From Eledone cirrhosa (taxonomy: Eukaryota): a stretch of 64,000 nt of DNA. Where the stretch lies: contig OZ024754.1 of the NCBI GenBank assembly GCA_964016885.1, forward strand, positions 22,382,001-22,446,000. The letters run 5' to 3'. The notes below the pieces were generated by a model. It was not told the DNA's origin, made no database searches, and saw nothing but the letters and a program-made list of their open reading frames with translations. This document shows positions 24,084-35,300 of the stretch, in pieces (position 1 is the stretch's first letter; each line of letters begins with the position of its first letter). The translations under genes were made by a program, and so were the position numbers.

Positions 24084-26326
24084 CCTGGATAGCAAGGTGT
24101 CGGTCTCTCAGATTCCTCGGCAGCTATTTGACGAGTTGAGGGCCCTTGAACCCCAGGCTATTGCAATATCTGCTCCTTATTCTAGATGTGGAAGATGGGA
24201 CCTTTGGCACCATACAGTGATGTCCTGTTCGGGGGTTGGTCGAGCTCCCAATGCCAAAGTTTGGTGCTAGTCCCTCCAGGATTTTCCTTATGTAGATCAC
24301 TGAGTATCTCTCCTGTCTTTGTTCCGAGGAGTAGAAGCTCAGTTCTTTTAGCCTCTCCGAGTAGCTTATCTCATTCATCGTCACAATCCTCTTGGTGTAT
24401 CTTCGCTGGATTGCATCAAGCTCCGTGGTTAGTTTGACACTATGGGGTGACCACAACTGGGAGCAATAGTCTAGGTGGCTTAGGACAAATGTCCTCCATA
24501 GTGTCAACATGGTGTCTCGGTCTCTTGTCCGGAAAGTCCTCAAGATCCAGCCAGCTAGTCATCTGCACATTGTCGCCACTTTCATAATGTGTGAGGAAAA
24601 AGATGCATCATCGCTCATGTCTATACCCAGGTCTCGTATCGATTTTGACACGGGGATATCGGTCCCTCCTGGTCCAGTGTAACTGTGTGGTACTGTATTT
24701 GTGTTTGCAGGTTTGTATTGTAGGGCTTGAAATTTGCCAGCATTAAACTACATGTTGTTGTCTTCCGCCCATTTGTATATGGTATCCAGATCTTGTTGTA
24801 AAAGGGCAGCGTCAGCCGGGTTTTGATTGCCTGTGCTACATTAGTGTCATCAGCATAGTTAGTGAGGGATGTATGTACTACAGAGGGCATGTTATTGATG
24901 TTTGCTTTGAGAGGGTTCCGTTTGCTGCGACTGTCTGGCTTCTGTCCTTTAACCCTTTAGCATTCACATTACTCTATATATACTATTATATTTTCATGGT
25001 AAAGGCTTTACTTCACATAATATCGAATCTATGAGATTTTGAAAGTATTTATTTTGAGAACAATACCTTAACTTCAGTTTGAGTGACCAGTTATAGCCAG
25101 TTTCAACAGAATGAGGTAGAGAATTCTGGCCGGTTTGAACATTAAAGGGTTAAGAAGTCGTGCAGCCACTCACCCACTTTTCCAGTTATGCCAAGTCTGT
25201 GTAGTTTGTGACATATCATTCCGTGGTCGACCTTGTCAAAGGCCTTTGCAAAGTCAAGATAAATCACATCCACATGTGTGCTGTCTAGCAGCTGTGTAAG
25301 GCAGCTTCTTCCTGGGCGAAAGCCATACTGCGTGCTAGTCAGGCGGTCATTTTGCTCGATGAAAGTGATCACTTTCTTTCTGATGATTCGCTCCATAATC
25401 TTACTGATATGTGACGTCAGGGAGACTGGCCTATAGTTTTTGGCCTCCGCTCTGCTACCTCCTTTATGGATAGGGCATATTGTGCCTTTCAGCTCCCTGA
25501 GTAGTCTACTGCTAGCCAAGGAGCTTCTGTAGAGCGTTGTCAGTGGAGTTGCTAAGGCCTGCTTACATGTTTTTAAGAGGACTGCTGGGAATCCATCAGG
25601 TCCAGCAGCTGTGTCTGTTCTAATTCCATCTATGGCGTATACCACATCCTCCTCCGTTATGTCTATGTGGTTGATGGTCCCCATTTCTTCATGGAGTGTT
25701 GTGGCATCAAAGAAATCCTCTGGTTTTGTTATTTGCATGTGCCTCAGTGGACATGTGAACACACTTTTGTACTGTTCATTCAGTATTTCACTTATCTCTT
25801 GGAGATTCTTGGTTAATGAACCGTCTTTATGGAAGAGTGGCCCAATCTTGCAGTGTACCGAGGCAGTTTCTTTTGAAAATTTAAAGAAGGCCTTGGGTTT
25901 GTTTTCATATTTTCTATGGCCCTGATATCTTTCTTTGCCCTCTCATTTTCATGAGTGCAATCTCGATGTCAAGTAGTGCACGTTTCAAATAGGATTCCTT
26001 CTTGTTTTTGTTTTTTTGTTGCCCATTCAACTGGTTTGAGAGCTTGGTTCTTTGTCTCATAAGGATTTTCTTCTCTCTGGGAATAAGATTTTTGTGTCCG
26101 GGACAAACTTTTGGCATATAGTTTGTATCATTGTCATGAAGTGTTGAAAATGTGTGTTGGTGTCTTGTGTGGCGATGTTGTCACTCCATATTTGCTTCTG
26201 GATTTCTCTCTTGATCTTTTTCCAGTTAGCCTTGTAGAAGTTAAGGCTGGATAAGTTCCCGGTGCTCCTTGATGGTTGTGTCTCTGTTGATTCTCTTGGA
26301 CCACATATCATTAGTTCTACTAAGTT
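24081..26326 (-). mobile_element. CR1/L2-group LINE fragment
   Basis: AAGPDG, NYRPVSLTS, QYGFRPGRSC, YLDFAKAFDKVDH, YADD, LDYCSQLWSP. Confidence 0.85.
24953..25149. mobile_element. piggyBac-derived MITE inserted in the CR1-like LINE
   Basis: TTAA at 24949-24952 and 25150-25153; CCCTTTA / TAAAGGG termini; the paralogous LINE at ~52345 has a single TTAA. Confidence 0.92.
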
Positions 26327-28710
26327 ATCCGAGACAGCGAGACAGACGGATGGTGTCAAACACTAAGGCATACCCCGGGGAAGAATGTACCCCACAGGAT
26401 AGGTTAGTCGTTAGTGACATCTCAGTAAGTAAGAGAAAGAATGAGACATACAGGAAGGTGTGGAAAAGAAAGGTCTGGAAGCTAAAAGACCTTTCATTGA
26501 AATATAAATTTAGCAAAGCCCTTCAAGATGTGTATGACGAAAAAGAAGACGATTTAGAGTTGTATGACATAAATGATAACTCGAATTTCTTGCGTGACAA
26601 CTTATTACAGGCTACTGAAGAAACTTATGGTTGGGGCAGAGCTTCAACCAGACAGAGCGTGACCTGCTGGTGTAACAGCACAGTAGATAGGGCCATTAGA
26701 GACAAAAGACTGTCATGGAAAGCTTGGAAAAATGGTGGGAGTAGAGACAGATACACAGCCGCTAAGAGAGAAGCTTGACGTCAGGTGTACTTAGCACGCA
26801 AGGAGGCTGAGAGTAGGAGGTTTGCCAATGTTCTGCGACAGGAAGATCAGAGACATGCGGTGTTCCGCATTGCAAGGCAGTGTGTCAGTGCAAATCAGGA
26901 TGTTGTTGGAGATAAGTGTGTCTGGAATGATGCCGGTGTGCTTAGTGGCATGAATGATCAGTAAAAGGAGGCCTGGAAATGTCATTATGAGAGACTGATA
27001 AATGTAGAGAATGAATGGGACAGAGAGAAATTACCCCAGTAGACCCGACAGAGGGACCAGCTATTGAGATTGATGAATATAGGGTACAAGAGGCAATTAA
27101 GGAAATGAAGAATGGTAAGGCTGCTGGACCATTGGGAATAGTTGCTGAGGTGTTGAAGGCATCAGGGGACGTAGGTACTAAACTGGTTGCACGCATCATT
27201 AATCAAGCTATATATGGTGATGTCATATCCAAAGACTGGTGCAGCTGTATTCTCATAAATTGCTACAAAGGTAAAGGGGATGCTCTGGAGAGGAGCAATT
27301 ATGGGGGTATAAAACTGATGGATCAGGTTATGAGTGGCAGAGAAGATATTAGCGCAACTGATTAGAGAAAGGGTCAAATTAGATGAGATGCAGTTTGGTT
27401 TGGTGCCTCGGAAGAGTACAACAGATGCCCTCTTCTTGGTGAGACAACTACAAGAGAGGTTCTTAGAGAAGAATAAGCCACTATACTTAGCTTTTGTTGA
27501 CCTAGAGAAGGCGTTTGATAGGATACCTCGATCTGTCATCTGGTGGTCCCTAAGGAAACTAGCTGCAGAGGAATGGCTTGTGAGGACAGTGCAAGCTATG
27601 TATAGGGGTACTGTCAGTAAAGTGAGAATAGAAATGGAGTTTAGTGAGGAATTCCAGATTCAAGTAGGTGTAAATCAGGGTTCGCTCCTCAGCCCTCTCT
27701 TGTTCATTATAGTCCTCCAAGCCATAACAAAGGAGTTTCAGACTGGATGCCCATTGGAACTTCTCTATGCTGATGATCTGGTTCTTATAGCAGAATCAGT
27801 AGAAGAGCTAGAGAATAAATTCTGGCTATGGAAACAGCAGTTGGAATCAAGATGACTGAGAGTGAACCTAGCTAAAACAAAAGTGTTGATAAGTAGAAGA
27901 GAGGTCAATACTCTGATTCCATGAGGGAAATGGCCATGTTCGATATGTAGGAAAGGAACTGGCATAAATTCCATAAAATGTACGCAATGCAGATCTTGGG
28001 TACACAAGATATGTAGTGGAATAGCAGGCAAACTAACAGATAGGGAAAACTACGTATGCAGCAGATGTACAGGGAAAGTTGGCAGTAGTAATCACAGCGA
28101 TAGACTCATTTTTCCAATGCAGGTGGGCTCTATAGAAGCGGTTTATAGCTTCCGGTACCTAGGTGATCAGATTAGCATGGGAGGTGGGTGTTCCGAGGCC
28201 ATAGTATCTAGAATAAGGATGCGTTGGACAAAGAAGGGTTTCTCCCTGTGTACAAAAGGACGGTTATATGATGCCTGGGTGAGGTGCGCGATGCTGCATG
28301 GTAATGAGACATGGGCAGCAACTGCAGAAGATATGCGACGGCTGGAGAGAAACGAAGCAAGTATGCTCCGTTGGATGTGCAATGTCAATGTGCGTGAACG
28401 GCCAAGCATAGACGAGTTGAGAAAGAAACTGGGTATAAGAGGGATAAGTTGTGGTGTGCAGGAGAGAAAGCTTAGATGGTATGGACATGTGATGCGCATG
28501 GAGGATGACCACTGGGTAAAGAAGTGCCAAGAAATGCCAGTAGAAGGAAGACGCAGTAGAGGTAGACCACGAAAAACATGGGCGGAGGTCGTGAGAGCAG
28601 ACCTCAGATCGCTGAAACTCACCGAGGAGATGATGAAGGACCATGACAAGTGGAGAGATGTTGTGCTGAATAGGACCAAGCAGGGAAAAGCGGACGTAAA
28701 ATGATGATGA
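26327..28710 (+). mobile_element. RTE LINE family A, 5'-truncated
   Basis: ORFs 26269-26778, 27015-27365, 27334-27855 and 28117-28704; (GAT)n tail. Confidence 0.9.
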
Positions 28711-28720
28711 TATATATATA

Positions 28721-28995
28721 TCATCATCATTTCATTTTACGTCCACTTTTCCCTGCTTGCAAGGGTGGGACGGGAACTGATTCTGGCTTGATTTCTACAG
28801 TTGGATGCCCTTCCTAACACCAACCTCATTTATGGACCCCAGTCCCTATCATCTCATTTCTACAGCTGAGTAAACTGGAGCAATGTGAAATAAAGTGTCT
28901 TGCTCAAGGAAACAACACATCACCCGGTCTGAGAATTGAACTCACAACCTTTCGATTGCAAGGCCAATGCTCTAAACACTAAGCCATGTGCCTCC
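28721..28995 (-). mobile_element. tRNA-derived SINE, family B (RTE-derived tail)
   Basis: Head TGGCTTAGTG.TTAGAGC...GAGTTCAATTC, core CCTTGAGCAAGACACTTT..TTGCTCCAGTTTACTCAGCTGT, tail matching the RTE-A 3' end. Confidence 0.85.
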
Positions 28996-30038
28996 ATATA
29001 TATATATTTTGCTGAACTCCTTATTGTAGATTTTTTTTCAGAATGTTTTTGACTGTTGTTTCATGTAAACAAACATTCATCTCATTCTGACGTCACCGGC
29101 CCTGTTTTTCCACATGTGCGTTTTATTTTCATAATCACGCATGATGTTAAACTAGCCTGCTTTTAAATTCCCTTTTTGGCATATTAATCAGTGAGAATCT
29201 GGCTATCGTGTTGAGCTCTGCTGATTATCGTATTCCAACCGTGACCATCTCCACTGAAAGTTTTCGTGAAATAGTCTTTTTCAAGACTATACAGAGCATT
29301 TGTAGTTGTCCCAAATTGAAGGATGAGTATTTTAAACTTTATTTTATCATGAGATAAGGCTCTATTGATTTTTCCCTGGATTTCACTAAATTCTGTTGGA
29401 TAAATCTATATCCTGTTTCTTTTTGAATTGAGTTTGAATTATTTTTCCCACATCTTACGTTAACTATTTTCCCATTTTGACGCTATAGTCACTTATATAT
29501 TATGGAATACTGTTGGCTTCTTGCTACAATACTTTCTATACCTTTCATTTATATATATATATATATATTTATTAAAATAACAGATCAAAGTTTAAGCAAA
29601 GAATTGCTGCTTTCACCCTTAATGGGATCTTCTGAAACTAACAAAGTCAATCTGTGAACGCAGAAGTGAATATTTCATAAAACGTTGCAACCGGAGGAAG
29701 ACGATACTTTAGTTCGTGGAAAGACGGGGAAAAAACGAATATAATACGTCATTATTTGGAGCGGTGAAAAACAATTACACGCAAAGACAAAACCACGTTT
29801 ATTGTATAAAAGAAGTAGACAAGTATTCTATTAGGTGGTTCATAGAGACGTTCTCAGACAATGAACGGAAAAAACGAAGATAATACGTCATATGTGGAGC
29901 GGGGAGAACAATTGCACGCAAAGACAAAATATTTGCCCTACGGTTCATATATATTTGATATATATTTATCCTTATCAAGCCCTCTTTGGATTTTAGTCTT
30001 CAAATTTATTATTATTACTATATATATATATATATATG

Positions 30039-30076
<38 letters not shown>

Positions 30077-30234
30077 TTGGAATAAATGCTCTGAAATAGC
30101 GATATATATGTGAATATAGACACAGAATATTCGAAAATATTCTGTATGTTTATAATAAACATTTTGAAGACCTAATCGCTATAGAATAGAATACGTCACG
30201 TATTACAATTAGATTCTCGATAAAAGCAAGGGAA

Positions 30235-30278
30235 GTAAGTCTACGCGTTTCATTCTTGTTAGAATTCATCAGGACTAC
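30235..30278 (-). ncRNA. Type I hammerhead ribozyme (copy 1)
   Basis: Reverse complement reads GTAGTC-CTGATGA-ATTCT-AACA-AGAAT-GAAA-CGCG-TA-GACTTAC. Confidence 0.88.
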
Positions 30279-30545
30279 ATATCCAGTGCTTTTATCGAGA
30301 ATGACACAGCTAGAGACTTATAGAATACTTAGCTGTGTACAGGAACTGGTTTGAAAGAGCGGTTGCCGGTCCGGCAGAAATTAGAAATTGGAATAAATGC
30401 TCTGAAATAGCGATATATATGTGAATATAGACACAGAATATTCGAAAATATTCTGTATGTTTATAATAAACATTTTGAAGACCTAATCGCTATAGAATAG
30501 AATACGTCACGTATTACAATTAGATTCTCGATAAAAGCAAGGGAA

Positions 30546-30589
30546 GTAAGTCTACGCGTTTCATTCTTGTTAGAATTCATCAGGACTAC
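30546..30589 (-). ncRNA. Type I hammerhead ribozyme (copy 2)
   Basis: Identical motif 311 bp downstream of copy 1. Confidence 0.88.
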
Positions 30590-31028
30590 ATATCCAGTGC
30601 TTTTATCGAGAATGACACAGCTAGAGACTTATAGAATACTTAGCTGTGTACAGGAACTGGTTTGAAAGAGCGGTTGCCGGTCCGGCAGAAATTAGAAATT
30701 GGAATAAATGCTCTGAAATAGCGATATATATGTGAATATAGACACAGAATATTCGAAAATATTCTGTATGTTTATAATAAACATTTTGAAGACCTAATCG
30801 CTATAGAATAGAATACGTCACGTATTACAATTAGATTCTCGATAAAAGCAAGGGAATATTTTCGAATATTCTGTGTCTATATTCACATATATATCGCTAT
30901 TTCAGAGCATTTATTCCAATTTCTAATTTCTGCCGGACCGGCAACCGCTCTTTCAAACCAGTTCCTGTACACAGCTAAGTATTCTATAAGTCTCTAGCTG
31001 TGTCATTCTCGATAAAAGCACTGGATAT

Positions 31029-31072
31029 GTAGTCCTGATGAATTCTAACAAGAATGAAACGCGTAGACTTAC
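31029..31072 (+). ncRNA. Type I hammerhead ribozyme (copy 3)
   Basis: CTGATGA 31035-31041, stem II ATTCT/AGAAT, GAAA 31056-31059, palindromic ACGCGT, predicted cleavage after GUA (A31065), stem I AGTC/GACT. Confidence 0.9.
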
Positions 31073-31339
31073 TTCCCTTGCTTTTATCGAGAATCTAATT
31101 GTAATACGTGACGTATTCTATTCTATAGCGATTAGGTCTTCAAAATGTTTATTATAAACATACAGAATATTTTCGAATATTCTGTGTCTATATTCACATA
31201 TATATCGCTATTTCAGAGCATTTATTCCAATTTCTAATTTCTGCCGGACCGGCAACCGCTCTTTCAAACCAGTTCCTGTACACAGCTAAGTATTCTATAA
31301 GTCTTTAGCTGTGTCATTCTCGATAAAAGCACTGGATAT

Positions 31340-31383
31340 GTAGTCCTGATGAATTCTAACAAGAATGAAACGCGTAGACTTAC
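31340..31383 (+). ncRNA. Type I hammerhead ribozyme (copy 4)
   Basis: Identical motif 311 bp downstream of copy 3. Confidence 0.9.
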
Positions 31384-31650
31384 TTCCCTTGCTTTTATCG
31401 AGAATCTAATTGTAATACGTGACGTATTCTATTCTATAGCGATTAGGTCTTCAAAATGTTTATTATAAACATACAGAATATTTTCGAATATTCTGTGTCT
31501 ATATTCACATATATATCGCTATTTCAGAGCATTTATTCCAATTTCTAATTTCTGCCGGACCGGCAACCGCTCTTTCAAACCAGTTCCTGTACACAGCTAA
31601 GTATTCTATAAGTCTCTAGCTGTGTCATTCTCGATAAAAGCACTGGATAT

Positions 31651-31694
31651 GTAGTCCTGATGAATTCTAACAAGAATGAAACGCGTAGACTTAC
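31651..31694 (+). ncRNA. Type I hammerhead ribozyme (copy 5)
   Basis: Identical motif 622 bp downstream of copy 3. Confidence 0.9.
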
Positions 31695-31814
31695 TTCCCT
31701 TGCTTTTATCGAGAATCTAATTGTAATACGTGACGTATTCTATTCTATAGCGATTAGGTCTTCAAAATGTTTATTATAAACATACAGAATATTTTCGAAT
31801 ATTCTGTGTCTATA

Positions 31815-31849
<35 letters not shown>

Positions 31850-32303
31850 GCACACTATATAGACACAGTCATAATGTTGTAATGCAGACAACCAGACATA
31901 CAGACAGATATTATACGGGCGCAACGTTTGGCGCCTAATGCGGTCCCTAGGGCATTGAAATATTGAAATATTTTTTGCTCAAAACTCTCACAGGGCCATA
32001 AGTATTACATGTGTAAAGTTGGTTGGGTGGTTCTCGAGTTTTAGGGAGTCAGACAGACAGACATTCTCTGTTTTAGATATATAGATATATATATATATGT
32101 CAATCAATTTCTAGTTGTTATGTATATGCATGTATGTATATATATATATATCTGACTTACCGGTCAGAATCTTCAATTTGCCAAGCTGTCTAAACGTAAT
32201 GTAAAACTCTAAGGTAAAACACTTTATTGAGTGCTTAGCTGCACATTCCAATTGCATTTGCATAGCTGCAGCCAGAGCTTCGATTATGCTGAACTTCCAT
32301 TTG

Positions 32304-32336
<33 letters not shown>

Positions 32337-32349
32337 ATATATATATATA

Positions 32350-35300
32350 ATGGAAAAATTTGAACAGGGACAAAACAGAGAGGCAGTACAACGAATGTTT
32401 ATTAATTTCACGCTCTGGAGAGTGGGGTGTTGGTGGGGGACGACGTTTCGGGCATAAGCCCTTCCTCAGGTGAGAAGTGTGTGGGAACAGAGTTCAAAGG
32501 GTGTGTAGGGGAGTGGTGGAGAGACATATAGCGAAAGGAAACTGTGCGAATGAAAAAATAAAAAATAAAGATAAAAATAAAAATAAAGCATGATCAAAAT
32601 ACAAGGAATGAAATAAATTTAAATATAAAAGCATGATCAAAATAAACTGAAATTAAAAAGGGGGTAAAACAGGTGGTGGAAGGGTGTGGGGTGTGTAGGG
32701 GTGGTGGCGGGTGGAGTGGGGAGAGGGAGACGGGGTGTTCGAGCGGGGAGGGCTGAAGGTGGTGTGCGTGTGTGTGTGTATGTGAAAGTAAAGGTTGGGG
32801 GAAGAACGGGGTTGCATGTTCAGGAAGAGGTTTGTGGGTCGGAGTGTCTGCGTGTGTGGATAGAGGGGTGGAGGGAGAGGAATCAGGAGGCTGAGGGTGT
32901 AAATATGTGGTGGAAAGCACGTGTGTGTGGGGTTTAAGCATGTTGTGGGTGTAGGTGGCGTGTGGAGAAAAAATTTTTTTGGGGGTGTGTGTGTGGGTGA
33001 GTTATATAGGTGATTACGTAAGAGGATGGTTGAAAAGTAGGTAAATTCCAAAGATGTTTAGTGGATTCTGTGTTGGTCAATTTCTGCGTGTGGGTATTCC
33101 ATGAAGCGATGGTCGGAAGAGGAGAGATGTGGGGTGCCCGCGCAACAGGAAGTGGTCAGCAGTGGGAGTGCTGTGGTCTGTTTGTGCTGGGAGGTGGTCA
33201 GAGGGCATAGCAGCAGTCGGTGGAATGGTAAAGGGGCGAGGATGGGTAGGTGTGAAAGTTGGAGTGAGGAGGGCGTGTGTGTGTGTATTAGTAGAGGTGT
33301 TAGTGGGATGAGTGAGTGTGGAGCGAGGGTGTGGGTGGAGCGGGGAGAGAAGGGTGTGTGTGGTTCTATGGAGGGAGTGTGGTACTGGTGTGTGTGTAGT
33401 TTGATGAAGAGGTGTTAGTGGGTGTTAGTATACGGGGGGTGGGGAGGGGTTGAATGCAGGTGTGAGTGGGGGTTAGTGGTGGTAGGGTGTGTAGAGTTGG
33501 TGGTATACGAGGGTGTGTGGGTATGTGTGCGTGGGGTTGGGGGTGTTAGTTGCGTGTGGGGTGGGTGCGTATGTTCGTGTGCTTGGGGTTAGGGGGTGTT
33601 AGTGAGGTTAGTGGTGGGATGGAGGTGTGGGGGTGAGGGTTGGTGGTAGTAGGGTGTGTGTTTAGTGTGAGCGCGTGTATATATGTGCCGGTGGGTGTGT
33701 GCGTGTGATAAGGAGGGGGGAGGAGGAGAAGAAGGGAGAGATGTTAGTTGGGGAAGGGTGGTCAGATGAGGGGTGGAGTGGAGGTGTTAGTATTGTTAGT
33801 TGTGGGCTGGGCGGAGTGTGGGTCTGTAAGATGAAGATAGTTCGTTGTTCGACCGTAAGGCGATTGGCGGGTGTTCCGTGGCACTGGAGTAGACCACAGA
33901 CTGTGAGATGGCGTGCGGAATGTCCAGGGCCACCAAAGTGGCGGGCGATGGGGGAACTACCCCCGAGACGAATATCCCGGAGGTGCTCTGTGAATCGGTC
34001 CGCCAGGCGACGTCCCGTCTGTCCGACATAAGTCGCGCTGCACTCCGTGCAGCAAAGTCCGTAGACTAGGTTGGAGGAGGTGCAGCGGAAGGCATGCCGG
34101 ACAGAGAGAGAGTGGCCGTTGGGACCCTGGAAGGTGGTGGTGTTGGTGATGTGGGGACAGGTGTTGCAGCGGAGCCTAGAACAGGGAAAGGAACCGGGAG
34201 GGGGGGAAACAGAGCGTGGGTTGGGGGGTAGGGAGCTGTGGACGAGGAGAGTGCGGAGATTGCGTGCGCGTTTGAAGGAGGGGAGTGGTGGGGTTGGGAC
34301 GATGTGGGAGGTGGAGGGGTGGTAGTTGACGGGGAAGGGGAGACAGTGGGTGGGTGTGCGGTGGCGTGGGGTGAGGGTGGTGGAGGAGGGAACAGCACGG
34401 GCGCGGGTGAGAGCGGTGTGGACGAGAGAGGGGGGGGGGGGGGGGTAACCTCTGCGGATGAAATGGCTGACTAGGGAAAGGGCCTGGGACTCAAAGTCAG
34501 CATCTCGGCTACAGAGGCGGCGGATCCTGAGAAGTTGGGAGTAGGGAATGGAGAGTTTAGTGTGGGTGGGGTGGGAAGAGGTGAAGTCGAGGTAAGAGTG
34601 GGAGTCGGTGGGTTTGAAGAAGGCGGAGGTGACGAGGGAGTGGTGGGAGGAGTCGAAGGCGACGGAGATGTCTAAGAAGTGGACGTGGGTGGTGGAGATA
34701 GAGGCGGTGAAGTGGAGGGAGGGGTGGAAGGAGCAGAAGAAGGAGAGAAAGGAGTCGAGCTGTTCTCGGGTGAGGGTCGTGGCTCCGATACAGTCGTCAA
34801 TGTAACGACCGTACAGTTCGGGCGTGGGGCCGGTGTACTGGGCAAAGATTTGGGCCTCAACATGGCCAACAAAAAGGTTGGCATAGTTCGGGCCCATTCT
34901 TGTACCCATGGCTACCCCCGTGACCTGTTGGTAAAACTCACCCGAGAAGGAGAAACAATTCAGGGTGAGGACCAGCTCGGCGAGGCGAAGGAGGGTGGGG
35001 GTGGAGGGAATGGGGGAGGGGCGAAGGTCGAGGTAGTGTTTGAGGGCGCGTAGGCCGTTGGCGTGGGGGATGATGGTATAGAGGGACTTGATGTCTAGGG
35101 TGAAGAGGAAGGGCTGTGGGCCGGGTGGGTAGGTGAAGGAGTCGAAAAGGCGCAGGGCGTGGTTGGTGTCGGAGATGTGGGAGGGGAGGGTGGTGACAAG
35201 GGGGGCGAGGAGGGAGTCGAGAAAGGCGGAGATGAGTTCGATGGGGCGGCCGGGGTTGTCGGGTTTGTGGAGTTTGGGGAGGAAGTAGATGGTGGGGGTG

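Larger units (their letters stand above)
30076..31820. mobile_element. Retrozyme-like element: 311-bp hammerhead-containing tandem repeats in two inverted arms
   Basis: Unit starts at 30079, 30390, 30701; inversion junction at 30854-30856; reverse units at 30854, 31165, 31476, 31787; flanked by (TA)n on both sides; non-coding. Confidence 0.88.

Noticed and set aside
30076-31820. CRISPR-like or ordinary satellite interpretation
   Set aside because: No unique spacers; eukaryotic context; units carry a ribozyme core and an inversion
32594-33660. Pro/His/Thr-rich and Gly/Val-rich ORFs
   Set aside because: Low-complexity GT-rich 3' region of the PLE
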